The notes: a model not told the origin generated them from the sequence alone. A stretch of 64,000 bases of DNA from Promethearchaeota archaeon (GCA_048941015.1 JBHLNZ010000005.1:1-64000), one strand, 5' to 3'; counted from the stretch's first letter, positions 9,981 through 20,565 are shown. Made by a program: numbers and translations.

Positions 9981-10901
9981 ATGCCACCAAAATTTGAGGA
10001 AAATGGATTTTTTGACGAGAAGGAGCAAGAATCATGTTGTGATTCACCTAAAATTTCAGAAGAAGACGGCTATTATGTTTGTTTAAATTGTGGTTCAGTT
10101 TATAGCCGAATACTTGATGATTCACCACGTAGGGCTTTCACTCAAGAAGAAATCCAAAAGAGGAAAAGTAATGAACGGGTTTATAGCCCAATCGGACCAC
10201 GAACAATCATTAGAGGGAGTCGTGATGCTCGCGGAACACTTCTAAGTCCAAAGTATAAATCAAAATTTAATAGATTAGCTAAAATTCATAGATCTCTTAC
10301 TACTAGTTATGAAAGAAATTTATGGATAGCTTTACCAAATTTACAGAGACTACAGAAAAGATTGGGCATCCCTGATACAGTAGCAGAAGATGCTCTTAGA
10401 ATTTATACGCAAACAGTCAAGAAAAAATTAACTATGGGAAGAAGTATTGATACTTTACTGTCTGCATCGATATTTTGTGCTCTCAGAGTGCATGGAATAC
10501 CTCGTACTGTAGAGGAGATAACTAAAGTTGCGCAAATTCCAAAAAAGAAAGTTATAAAAAGTTATCGCCTTATTCTAATGGAAGTTTTACCTAATTTAAA
10601 TCTGAAAGTAAAACATTTCAGTCCAGATCGTTACGTTGATAAATTTAATGATGAATTAAGGCTTTCAATGCAGTGCAGAAATATTGCAGTTAAATTGATT
10701 GAGACTGCGAAAGAAAATGGATTTAATTCCGCTGGAAAGGATCCAAAAGGGATTGCTGCTGCTGCTATTTATATTGGTTCAAAAATTTGTAATGAAAACC
10801 GCACTCAAAAAGAAATAAGTAAATTAGCAAGAGTAACAGAAGTTACTTTGAGAATGAGAGTAAAAGATTTACAAAAGTTTGCTAATATGGTAAAACTCTA
10901 A
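9981..10901 (+). CDS. tfb: Transcription initiation factor IIB
   Basis: Zn ribbon (CC...CLNCG) and two cyclin repeats (GRSIDT, GKDPKGIAAAAIY, VTEVTLR). Confidence 0.95.
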   Translation: MPPKFEENGFFDEKEQESCCDSPKISEEDGYYVCLNCGSVYSRILDDSPRRAFTQEEIQKRKSNERVYSPIGPRTIIRGSRDARGTLLSPKYKSKFNRLAKIHRSLTTSYERNLWIALPNLQRLQKRLGIPDTVAEDALRIYTQTVKKKLTMGRSIDTLLSASIFCALRVHGIPRTVEEITKVAQIPKKKVIKSYRLILMEVLPNLNLKVKHFSPDRYVDKFNDELRLSMQCRNIAVKLIETAKENGFNSAGKDPKGIAAAAIYIGSKICNENRTQKEISKLARVTEVTLRMRVKDLQKFANMVKL

Positions 10902-10917
10902 AGAAATTAAAAATTTT

Positions 10918-13900
10918 TTAAAATATATTAAGTAATTCTTTCTCTTGATTAAATAAAGGTAAAATTTCTAGTAAAGATCTTATTTTAGATAAATAAATTT
11001 CGTTTTTATGTAATTTTATATCAATAATGAAATTGATACACCTAATATAATAGGTATCTTCAACCAATCTTTTATTTAATCCTAAAGAATTTAAGACTTG
11101 ATTTATATTTGCATTTATTTTTTCAATAGAGACTCCTGCATTCAAAAGAGCTAATCCATGGAGTAAAAGCATAAGAGGACTCATTTGAAAATCTTTTCTT
11201 CGGGACATGGATTCAGCTAATTCAAAGTATTTTTGTCCTGCTTCGCTAAATCTTTGATTTTCAAGTAGATCTAAGACATCTCTATACAAAATTCTCTTCA
11301 ATCGGTTGCGTTTATCAAAAAGATCGTCTTTTTCTCTTCTCACATCTACCATCTGGTTCTGTAAATAAGCATATACTTGTTCCATTTGAATCGAACGGAT
11401 GTTTTCTTCTCCTTTTTCTTTTCTTGATTTTATATCTTTTATATCTAATTCTCCCTTTTCTTCACCAAGAAAAGATTTTAATAAGTCTATCTCTGGATCT
11501 TCTAGAGGTAGTTTTTCAATAAGACTTTTTATTGCAAATTCAATCAAATTATTCATATTGTTTTCCAAGAAAAAGAAAAATTCTTTCATTATTTGAATTT
11601 CTGGTAAATCTTCGAAATCCTTTTTATATTTTTCAAACTTACTTAACTTATCATAGAAAACTGATTTTGCAATTGAAATATCTTCCAATTTTATTTTGAT
11701 TAAACTAGCTATAATTAGACTTATCGCTGCTTGCTTGAAAAATCTTTTATCTAGGAGAGGATTAATCGTATCTAAATAATCAGTTGCAGCAATTAATAAT
11801 TTTTTATTTGATAAATCTTCTAATGCTAATCGCCAATATTGATTTCTCATTAATTTTCTCTTAGCGATATCTTGCTTCTCTTTCCGAATCTGTGCTGTTA
11901 GTTCTTTGAGTCGTTCTTTGATTTTTTCAACGTCGATAAGATCTTGTTGTTTAGTTTTATCTTTATAAACTTTACCGATAAAATCATATAAAATTTTAAC
12001 TTCTTCTTCAAAAAGTGGTAAATTCTCATAAAATAATAGAGATTCTTTAAATTTAATATCATCTTGAAATTCTTTTACATCAAGAATATATTCTATTAAA
12101 GTAACTGGAAATGTTTCTGAAAAAGATTGACCTAAACCAGATAACTCATTTTTTAATCTATTCAATAAATTGTTTACTTCATCAATTTTATTTTGAGTAA
12201 ATAAAATCAATGATATAATAGCTAATGATACTCCAGCTAAATTGTAATTTTGAATTTTAATTAGGCGATCAATAGTCTCTCGATATTTTATTAAAGCCTG
12301 CTCAAATTCATTTTTTGATAACAAATCTAATGGTACTGCAAAATAAGCCCTCTTTAAAGCTTTTCTTTGCCTCATCTCATTTTCCTTGTCATGAAGAGCA
12401 TCTCTAGCTCTTTTTTGAATAATTGAAAGTTTTTCTTTAAGTATTTCACTTTTATAAGACTCTTTCACTTTTTTTGTTTCAGCTTCCATCTTAGTTGCTT
12501 CTGTTTTAGTAATAATTTTATGTAATTCTGTTTGGATCCATTTATCCTCTATTTTATCATTGATTGAGTGAGCAGCAGATAAATCATTTAAGGAAACATA
12601 TATTTCTGTTATTTTTTTATAAATTTTATCTACGTTTAGTTTTTCTTTTTCAAGATAAGCTGATGAGATATCAATTGCTTTTTTAATAAGATTCATTGCC
12701 TTTTCTATTCCTTGCTCATCTTCTCTGAAATTGACTACTCTAAGAGCTTCTTCTTTTATCACTTCTATGTAAAGTTCACTAAGCTCCTTAGATTGTTCAT
12801 ATAACATTTGATCTCTATAAATTCTAGTTGCATTAGCAAAGGATTTTTGATTTTTATTAAAATTTTCTTCTTCTCTTAAACTCTTTAGCATTCTAATAAA
12901 AATAGGGAATTTTTTTTCCAGATAGATTTTTTTAGTTCCTTCCGTTAGATCAAAATAAAGTGAGAAAAAATCATCAAATTTTTTACCAACCAATAAAATA
13001 TCAAGAGCTTTTGTAAGTAGTTGGTTTTGATCTTCATATTTTCCGATGTTTTTTAAGAAATCGGCTTGGATTTTTATCCTATCTGCTGCTTTCAAATAAT
13101 CTTTATTTTCAATTAATATATTTGCCTCATTAATTATCTTAGTATTGATTTCAGTAATAATGGTTTGCTCTTTCTCCATAAAATCGTGTATTATACTAAC
13201 ACCTTTCTCGATATTTTCAGAGATTTCTTTCTTTCTTAATTCTTTACCTTTTTCTTCTGTAATTAGGCTTTCTTTCGTTAGTTTCTTTTTCAGAGATAAT
13301 GAGTTTAATTTATTAATTAAATTGGAAGCCATTCCAAAATTGTAAATCTCCAAAAAGAGTTTAATCAATTTTGAGAGCAATTTATCTAAATCTCTTTTTT
13401 TAACTCCGTAGGATTCCCAGAGATTTTCAATCTCATCATAAGTTTGTCTAGCAGCATACTTTTCTCCCTCATTAATCTGAATTTCTAATATTTTTATTAA
13501 AACATCAACTAGTTTAGGTGTAAATTTATCGATAATTTCAAATAATCCTTCCTTTTGATAAACTGCTATCGATTGATATAACTGATCTTTAGCACTATTA
13601 TAGTTTTCTATATTGATAAGATAGTCTATAGCGGCTAAAATTTTATCGGAAATTTCTTGTAAAATTATAAGAACTGCTTCGTGAGGTAAGCTATATACAA
13701 CTTGAAATGCTTTTTGAATATTGCAAGCAGATACCCAAGCATTAATTGAATTCCTAAATGCTTGATTTCTTATATTATGATCTCTTAATTCTATTGCTGC
13801 AAATTGAGCAGCAGCTAAATATTGCTCAGCTGCTTGATCATATAATTTTTTATTAAATAAGCGATTTCCTTCAGAAATCATATGCGCTACATGTAACTTT

Positions 13901-14637
13901 TTAAAGTTTTCAGATTTATTTTTATCAATATTTTCTAAAATTTTAGATGCTTCTAGATATAAATTTACTTTAGAAAAAAGAATAGCAGATTGTTCACTAA
14001 TAATATAATATTCTTGTTTATTGAAAATGTCAGCAATTAGAGCAGCTTTTTTTATCGCTTGTGCTGCAAAATGATATTGTTTTTGTTTATAGTAGAGATT
14101 TGCTAATTGAATAAAAATTGGAAATCTCATCCAAGCATTTTCAATATTTAACGGTGTGTCTCCCGTAATCATTGCCATGCATAGGCATTCAATAGCTTGG
14201 TGGAAATCTCTTGGATGGAGATTTACAAAAGCTTCTAAATGAGGATATTTTATCCACAGACTTTCTAGCAGTTCATTATTAGATAAAGGCAATATTCCAT
14301 CTTGATTGTAATACATAATAACAGTAGGGATATTCCTTTTAACAGAATCAATGATCGGTAGTAGTATTTCAAAAAATTCAGTTTCCTCTTGTTTCAATGG
14401 GTTCAAAAAATAAATAATCCCATCTACAATGGGTATTATTTCATCAAATTCAGCTTTGATAACATCTGTTATGCAATCAATTTCTAAATCACAAACATCT
14501 TCAAAAACATTGAATTCTTTATACCATTCAAGATAATTCTTTTTAGATTCGCCGCCATCTTGAAAGGATACTATACAGTACCTTGAAATTGCTTCAACAT
14601 CCAACCCTAATACTAAGACTTTAAAAATATAGCGCAT
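10918..14637 (-). CDS. Large alpha-solenoid protein with N-terminal degenerate Rab-like GTPase fold and three C-terminal repeats
   Basis: YIFKVLVLG...DGIIYFLN...IPTVIM start; TPR/SNAP-like helices; three repeats each ending LPL(F/E)xxE. Confidence 0.65.
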   Translation of the reverse strand: MRYIFKVLVLGLDVEAISRYCIVSFQDGGESKKNYLEWYKEFNVFEDVCDLEIDCITDVIKAEFDEIIPIVDGIIYFLNPLKQEETEFFEILLPIIDSVKRNIPTVIMYYNQDGILPLSNNELLESLWIKYPHLEAFVNLHPRDFHQAIECLCMAMITGDTPLNIENAWMRFPIFIQLANLYYKQKQYHFAAQAIKKAALIADIFNKQEYYIISEQSAILFSKVNLYLEASKILENIDKNKSENFKKLHVAHMISEGNRLFNKKLYDQAAEQYLAAAQFAAIELRDHNIRNQAFRNSINAWVSACNIQKAFQVVYSLPHEAVLIILQEISDKILAAIDYLINIENYNSAKDQLYQSIAVYQKEGLFEIIDKFTPKLVDVLIKILEIQINEGEKYAARQTYDEIENLWESYGVKKRDLDKLLSKLIKLFLEIYNFGMASNLINKLNSLSLKKKLTKESLITEEKGKELRKKEISENIEKGVSIIHDFMEKEQTIITEINTKIINEANILIENKDYLKAADRIKIQADFLKNIGKYEDQNQLLTKALDILLVGKKFDDFFSLYFDLTEGTKKIYLEKKFPIFIRMLKSLREEENFNKNQKSFANATRIYRDQMLYEQSKELSELYIEVIKEEALRVVNFREDEQGIEKAMNLIKKAIDISSAYLEKEKLNVDKIYKKITEIYVSLNDLSAAHSINDKIEDKWIQTELHKIITKTEATKMEAETKKVKESYKSEILKEKLSIIQKRARDALHDKENEMRQRKALKRAYFAVPLDLLSKNEFEQALIKYRETIDRLIKIQNYNLAGVSLAIISLILFTQNKIDEVNNLLNRLKNELSGLGQSFSETFPVTLIEYILDVKEFQDDIKFKESLLFYENLPLFEEEVKILYDFIGKVYKDKTKQQDLIDVEKIKERLKELTAQIRKEKQDIAKRKLMRNQYWRLALEDLSNKKLLIAATDYLDTINPLLDKRFFKQAAISLIIASLIKIKLEDISIAKSVFYDKLSKFEKYKKDFEDLPEIQIMKEFFFFLENNMNNLIEFAIKSLIEKLPLEDPEIDLLKSFLGEEKGELDIKDIKSRKEKGEENIRSIQMEQVYAYLQNQMVDVRREKDDLFDKRNRLKRILYRDVLDLLENQRFSEAGQKYFELAESMSRRKDFQMSPLMLLLHGLALLNAGVSIEKINANINQVLNSLGLNKRLVEDTYYIRCINFIIDIKLHKNEIYLSKIRSLLEILPLFNQEKELLNIF

Positions 14638-14827
14638 AAAACAAACTTCCGTTGTTTGGTTACTTTTTCATGAAGAAATCATTTAAATTCGATTTATTGG
14701 TTTAAAATCATCAAATCTTTAAAAATATCAATATTATTAAAAGCTTTAAAAATTTTTTAGCTTTATTTAAATAAATTATTTAATAATTAATAGAACTTTT
14801 CAATAATAATTACTAATAAAGTGAGAT

Positions 14828-15496
14828 TTGGTTTTGGATTTTTTGGAAAGAAACTATAAGATAATTCAGGAAAGAATGATACAGCAAATGGAAAACTCTC
14901 TCAAATTAGGAAAAGAATTAATTGACACTGAATTAGATATGGGAATTTTAAATTTTTTTATTCGACCAATAGTTAAGACATTTTATGATTATTGGGCTCA
15001 AAATGATGCGAGGAGTGGTACATTAAAACAAATTAAAATAACATTAGATTCTGGAAAAGAATTGATACTTAAAGGAAATTCAGATGAAAATTTTAATAAA
15101 ATTGTTGAGCAAAACTTTCCCAAATATTTCAAAGCAGATCAAACTTCACTTCAATGTAATAAAAAACATGAGAATTATGATAGATTAAAACAAGTCACGA
15201 AACAAACTTTTATCAATTACCTTAAGGAACTTAGAGTACTTCTAAATATAAAGGAAGAAGTAAATGATTACGGTGATTTATGTAGAGTGGCATTTAAAAC
15301 GAAAGAAATAGCGAAAGAAAATTTAAGCAAGCAAATCGAATATACAGGTAAAGCAATTAGAATTATTGAAGAAGATCCGTCAATACTTAATATAGCAGTA
15401 GGAAAAAACCTTATTATAAAAGCACTAAGAAAAGGTTTTGAGCAAACCAAGAAAGATTTTGAAAAAGCTATTGAAGATACTTATGATCATAAATAA
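14828..15496 (+). CDS. Hypothetical helical protein, paralog 1 of a tandem pair
   Basis: 222-aa ORF (TTG start), alignable over its full length with 15560..16219. Confidence 0.8.
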   Translation: MVLDFLERNYKIIQERMIQQMENSLKLGKELIDTELDMGILNFFIRPIVKTFYDYWAQNDARSGTLKQIKITLDSGKELILKGNSDENFNKIVEQNFPKYFKADQTSLQCNKKHENYDRLKQVTKQTFINYLKELRVLLNIKEEVNDYGDLCRVAFKTKEIAKENLSKQIEYTGKAIRIIEEDPSILNIAVGKNLIIKALRKGFEQTKKDFEKAIEDTYDHK

Positions 15497-15559
15497 TCAA
15501 CCTATTAATTTATAAAATATTCTATTATATAGCTTATAAAAATTATCGGGGAATATAGA

Positions 15560-16219
15560 TTGGATTACTTAGAAAGAAATTACAAAATTCTAGAAGAAAA
15601 AATGATTGATCAGATGAAAATTTCACTAGGTTTCGGGAAATCTTTAATTGATTCAGAGTTAGATGCTGGAGTATTAAATTTTATTGTTAAACCAGTTGTT
15701 AAATCTTTCTATAAATATTGGTCAGATAAAGATGCTACTATAGGAACTCTCGAACAAATTAGAGTTACATTAGATTCAGCTAAAGAATTTTTATTAAATG
15801 GAGATGATTCAAAAGAACAATTAGATAAAATTATTAATAGAAACTTCCCGATTTATTTAGAGAATGATCAAACAGACCGGCAATGTAAAAAAGATCATAA
15901 AAATTATCCTGAATTAAAAAAAATTACTAAAAATTGCTTTATCACCCAAGTTGATGAAAGCATTTTATTTTTAAAAGTCAAAGAAGATGTTCATGACTAT
16001 AGCGAATTATCGAGAGCTACATTTCATACTAAAGAGAAAGCATATGATGCTTTAAAACGTCAATTAGATTATAACGAAGCAGGGATAGCTATAGTAGAGA
16101 AAGATGATTCAATTTTAAAAGTACCTACTGGTAAAAACATAATTTTAACGGTATTAAGAAAAGGATTTGAACTTACCAAAAAAAAATTAATTGAAGAATT
16201 GGATATAATATTTTGCTAA
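15560..16219 (+). CDS. Hypothetical helical protein, paralog 2 of a tandem pair
   Basis: Shares LERNYKI, LNF.vkP.VK.FY.YW, DQT..QC.K.H.NY and LRKGFE.TKK with the upstream ORF. Confidence 0.8.
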   Translation: MDYLERNYKILEEKMIDQMKISLGFGKSLIDSELDAGVLNFIVKPVVKSFYKYWSDKDATIGTLEQIRVTLDSAKEFLLNGDDSKEQLDKIINRNFPIYLENDQTDRQCKKDHKNYPELKKITKNCFITQVDESILFLKVKEDVHDYSELSRATFHTKEKAYDALKRQLDYNEAGIAIVEKDDSILKVPTGKNIILTVLRKGFELTKKKLIEELDIIFC

Positions 16220-16228
16220 AAGCCTCGA

Positions 16229-17296
16229 ATGATGTCAGCATCGAATGATAAAATAACTAAAAATGCTGTTCTAAGAACTATTTTCATAAACATTTTGGTA
16301 GTTATTTTCATCATTATGTGCTATTTCTACCTTTCAGAGGCAATTGGGTCTATTTCTTATAATTATATAATGCAATCTGATTTTTCAATAATCTTTGGTG
16401 GAACTTTATTTATGTTTACTTTGTTTTCTTTTTTAGCAGGTCCGATTCAATCTTTTTTAGCTGGTTTTATGGGGGAATTATTATATCAAATTGTATTTTA
16501 TAGAGTATTTTATTTGGAATGGTGTATACTAGTTGCCTTATATGGTTTAATTTGTGGAATTTATAAGTACAAACCATTAAAGTATTATGATGGAAAAAAA
16601 GTCTACTATACTTTCTTAATTTTAGTTATTACATCTTTTATCATGATGTTTTTGATTATTATTATCCATAATACTATTTTGAGCACAGGTTTGAATTTCG
16701 AAGACGTTTTTATAAATTTTGGTTTTAAATTCTTGGTACAGGCATTAATTTCAACTATATTTTTAGTACCATTATGCTTAATATTATATGATAAGTTATT
16801 AGCATCTGAAGAACGTCATTTATATTACTTATTACTTACACATCATCCTATTTCTGCAAGTGATCATACTTTTTATTTTCAATTTGGGAGAACCAAGGTA
16901 TATCTATGTTCTAGATGCTCAGGAGTTATAATTGGTGGAGTTCTTGCTATGTTTTTTACACACTTCTTTGAATTATTATATGGAACTATGATCAATGCTG
17001 AAATAGCTTTACTCGTGATAATATTTTTCCCAATTCCCGGATTAATAGACTGGGGGACTCAAAGATTATTACTTAGAAAAAGTACTACTGAATCTCGCTT
17101 ATTTACAGGATTTATCATAGGGGTTGCGCTTCATTTTCTTACGTTTACTTATAAATATTATTTTATAACAATTATTTTAATATCTTTATATTTCGGAATT
17201 CTTTTTCTGCTGATGTATTTAGGGCATAAAAAAGAAATGAAGCAATTGAATAAAAAAATGGATCAGTTATCATCTGAAGAACTAAATAAAATTTAA
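16229..17296 (+). CDS. Membrane protein: ECF S-component-like N-half fused to DUF2085-like domain
   Basis: GPIQSFLAGFMGELL (ECF-S-like); HH...H...LCSRCSG, DWGTQ and RLFTG (DUF2085-like). Confidence 0.6.
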   Translation: MMSASNDKITKNAVLRTIFINILVVIFIIMCYFYLSEAIGSISYNYIMQSDFSIIFGGTLFMFTLFSFLAGPIQSFLAGFMGELLYQIVFYRVFYLEWCILVALYGLICGIYKYKPLKYYDGKKVYYTFLILVITSFIMMFLIIIIHNTILSTGLNFEDVFINFGFKFLVQALISTIFLVPLCLILYDKLLASEERHLYYLLLTHHPISASDHTFYFQFGRTKVYLCSRCSGVIIGGVLAMFFTHFFELLYGTMINAEIALLVIIFFPIPGLIDWGTQRLLLRKSTTESRLFTGFIIGVALHFLTFTYKYYFITIILISLYFGILFLLMYLGHKKEMKQLNKKMDQLSSEELNKI

Positions 17297-17318
17297 TACA
17301 TCTTAAAAATCTTTTAAA

Positions 17319-17822
17319 ATGGCGAGTATAATATTTATTCATGGACTTGAGAGCTCGGGGGAAGGTTTTAAGAGCAGATTATTTCAAAAAAAGATTCCAG
17401 GCATACTGACACCAACCTTTTATGAATTTAATAAGGATGTCAACATTCAGACTATACTTACACATAGAATGGAACAATTAAAATCGATTTTAAAGAAGAA
17501 AAGAAAATGGATAATTATTGGATCTAGTTTTGGTGGTTTAATGGGAGCTCTATATGCATTGAACCACCCTGATAAAATGATAAAACTAATTTTATTAGCT
17601 CCATTCTTAAGCAACAAATTTCTCGACCCTAATAGTTTTAAACCAATCAATACTCCTGTTATTGCATATCATGGAAAAAATGATCAAATAATTAATTTTA
17701 AACATTCATATAACCGAGCAAAGAAATTATTCACTAATTTAAAATATAATTTAGTTGACGATGATCATTTACTTCACCATACAGTCCAATCTATAGATTG
17801 GAAAAAATTATTAGGTTTCTAA
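17319..17822 (+). CDS. Small alpha/beta hydrolase (YqiA/YcfP-like esterase)
   Basis: FIHGLES, GSSFGG nucleophile elbow, HGKND and DDH catalytic residues. Confidence 0.88.
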   Translation: MASIIFIHGLESSGEGFKSRLFQKKIPGILTPTFYEFNKDVNIQTILTHRMEQLKSILKKKRKWIIIGSSFGGLMGALYALNHPDKMIKLILLAPFLSNKFLDPNSFKPINTPVIAYHGKNDQIINFKHSYNRAKKLFTNLKYNLVDDDHLLHHTVQSIDWKKLLGF

Positions 17823-17970
17823 TTTTAAAAATTGGACTACGAATTTTTTATAATTCTTTGAAATCAATTTTTTATTAAATGAAATAAGAATTAATTTTGC
17901 ATTTGCAATAAATATGTAACTTCTTATTATGAAAATTAAAAAGAATAAATAGAATCTTTAATATATAAAA

Positions 17971-19638
17971 GTGAGATATATGGTTAACAAAACACCTAAA
18001 AGACCATTATATGTATGTCGCGAATGTTCATACGTTTTCCCAGAAGAGCTAGCTGACCTTATTGAGAATAAGGTTCAGGTATTTTGTGAGATGTGTGGGA
18101 CTCCTTTTACATTAGCAGGAGTAGAATTTAAAAGAACTTCAGAAAGGTTTCAAGGGAAACCAATCACTCCTTATAATAAATATGGATTATCTAAGAAAAA
18201 AAAATCGAGCTTAAGTGAAGCTATAAAAACATTAAATAAATTATCAGCAATTCCATTAGTAATCTTTTCGGGAATAGTTTTAGGTTTGAGTTTCACTGCA
18301 TATTTTACTAATTCTCTAGGTAGGAATGGGATTTTCAATATTCTTATACATATAGTTATTGGCTTCGCTGGCATATTAATAGTGATTTATGATCTAAATC
18401 ATATATCACCAAAAATCAAAGAAGAAAAATATAATGAGATTGCTCTTGATTCATTTTGTTATGGAATTATGGGGTGTGTAATATTTGGGACAGGAGTAAT
18501 TCTCTTAATTAAAGGAATTTTAATTCTAATTTATGTTGCATCTTATTCTGAAAGAGCTGAGCATAAAATATATGATTTTGGAATCAAATTAAAAAATTCA
18601 ATTAATTATTTCTCAGCAAAGGCAGGATTTGTTATAATTTTTTTAATTATTTGGAGTATTTTAATTGGAACATTGGATATTAGTTCTTTAGTGGATGGTA
18701 TTTACTTTATTCAAGGGTATCTAATATCATTAGAAGATTGGTTACAGTTAGTCATTATTATAGCAATTTTAGTTCTATTTTGCTTATTTCCAATTATTTT
18801 GTTATTAATCGACTTTAAATGGAAAAAAAAGATTCATAATAAACAAGTATTTACATTTGGTGACGCTTTACGCGTCTTTATTGTTGGAGTTATTTGTTCC
18901 TCGTTTTTTGGAATAGGTGTATTTATCCTCCTCAAAGGAATTTTAATTTTCTTCCTTTTTATTGGTAAACCAATAGATACTACTAAGGTAGTAACAATTG
19001 GAAAAGAGAAAGAAGAAGAGAAAAAAACGGAAACTCAACCTTATTATCAATTACCAGAGAGCCCTCCTGATGTAGAATCTAAGGAAGAAGAAATAGAGAT
19101 TAAAGAAAAAGAAGTAGAAATCTTACAAGTAGAAACAAAAATACAACAAGTTGAGGAAAAGAAAGAAAAAGAAGAATCTGTATTACCTGAAAAGATAGAA
19201 GAAGAATTAGTTAAAATTCCTCCAAAAGAAGATTCTATTGAAAAACGAAAAGAAGAGATAGAGAAAGAATTAAGGTTACACGAATCTTTATTACCCGTAA
19301 AAGATGAAAAAGATAAAAAATTAGTTAAAGAATATTTTTCAAAAATTTTTAATGTGCTTTCCAAAAATATTAGAGAACAGATTTTAGCACTTGATATTCC
19401 TAAAAAAGATAAGAATGAATTATTGAAAGAATTAGCATTTCTAACAGAACAAGAACAGGCAAAATATATAGAAGCTATTGGAATTATGTATAGGGAAATT
19501 CCTAAAAAATTAATTCAACGAATAAAAAAGCTACCAAACGTAAAGCCGCAATATTATGAAAAAATTGTAGAACAATTAAAGTTTATGGATATAGATGAGC
19601 AGTTAGAATTTGTTCAATTTTTAGAAGATAATGCCTAA
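17971..19638 (+). CDS. Zn-ribbon + duplicated membrane module + acidic linker + helical C-terminal domain
   Basis: CREC...CEMC, hydrophobic core aa ~90-335, E/K-rich linker. Confidence 0.7.
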   Translation: MRYMVNKTPKRPLYVCRECSYVFPEELADLIENKVQVFCEMCGTPFTLAGVEFKRTSERFQGKPITPYNKYGLSKKKKSSLSEAIKTLNKLSAIPLVIFSGIVLGLSFTAYFTNSLGRNGIFNILIHIVIGFAGILIVIYDLNHISPKIKEEKYNEIALDSFCYGIMGCVIFGTGVILLIKGILILIYVASYSERAEHKIYDFGIKLKNSINYFSAKAGFVIIFLIIWSILIGTLDISSLVDGIYFIQGYLISLEDWLQLVIIIAILVLFCLFPIILLLIDFKWKKKIHNKQVFTFGDALRVFIVGVICSSFFGIGVFILLKGILIFFLFIGKPIDTTKVVTIGKEKEEEKKTETQPYYQLPESPPDVESKEEEIEIKEKEVEILQVETKIQQVEEKKEKEESVLPEKIEEELVKIPPKEDSIEKRKEEIEKELRLHESLLPVKDEKDKKLVKEYFSKIFNVLSKNIREQILALDIPKKDKNELLKELAFLTEQEQAKYIEAIGIMYREIPKKLIQRIKKLPNVKPQYYEKIVEQLKFMDIDEQLEFVQFLEDNA

Positions 19639-19663
19639 ATAAATTTGACTTTCGAATTAGAAG

Positions 19664-20563
19664 ATGTCACTTGAAAAAAGAAGGGAAACCAAAGGAAAAA
19701 AAGAGGAAGTAGAATTAGAGGAAAGTTCATTTAGGCGTGTTGATTTTACTCCTTTAGGAGAATTAGAGGAAGGGAAAAAAAAGAAGATTGATATTACTCC
19801 TCTTGTAGAAGAACTAACAGAAATAGAAAAAGATGTATTAGAAATTGCTAATGAAATCCTTAAACTAAAACGTTATGATGCAGAATTCGATATGGATGTA
19901 GAATCAGAAGCAGAATTACAAAAGTTTCCTATAATTGAAAAGTTATACGCTAAGAGTATAGCAAAGCTGGCTTATAAAAAAGGTTATAGTAAAGAAGAGA
20001 TATTTCTCGGAATTAGAAGTTTAGAAGAAAAAAATTGGATTGTAACTAGTGAACGAAGAACTAAATTAGAAATTCTAAAAAATAAGAAATTAATGAAAAT
20101 CCTTAAATTTATAGAAGAAAATCCAGGGATACATGCAAGAGATGAAAGAATAGAAGAAAGTCTAAACATTACTCGAACTCCTTTTTTAAAGCATATCATG
20201 ACTTTAGAAAGATTTGATCTAATTAGGTCAAAAAAAGTTGGAAAATCATTACATTATTTCTTAGCTGATGTTCCCGAAGATTTTGATAAATATCGTGTAA
20301 TTTTTTCTAATCCTCTAATCCCTAAAATAATTGAAGAGGTTTTTAAAGATGAAGAAGTTTCTATCTCCAAAATTGGAGAATTTCTCGATGTTTATTCAGG
20401 AACAATTCAATATCATTTAAAGAAATTAAAAAATTTGAATTTATTAAAAAGTATAAAGAACAAAAATAATCAAAAAATTCATTTAGTCAATATTGAGTTG
20501 TTAAAGAAATACAATAAGTTTTTTGATGAACCTGATTTTAGTATCTTATTAAAGGGACTTTAA
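19664..20563 (+). CDS. Winged-helix (ArsR-like tandem HTH) transcriptional regulator
   Basis: ILKFIEENPGIH...HIMTLERFDLI and SISKIGEFLDVYSGTIQYHLKKL. Confidence 0.8.
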   Translation: MSLEKRRETKGKKEEVELEESSFRRVDFTPLGELEEGKKKKIDITPLVEELTEIEKDVLEIANEILKLKRYDAEFDMDVESEAELQKFPIIEKLYAKSIAKLAYKKGYSKEEIFLGIRSLEEKNWIVTSERRTKLEILKNKKLMKILKFIEENPGIHARDERIEESLNITRTPFLKHIMTLERFDLIRSKKVGKSLHYFLADVPEDFDKYRVIFSNPLIPKIIEEVFKDEEVSISKIGEFLDVYSGTIQYHLKKLKNLNLLKSIKNKNNQKIHLVNIELLKKYNKFFDEPDFSILLKGL

Positions 20564-20565
20564 TC

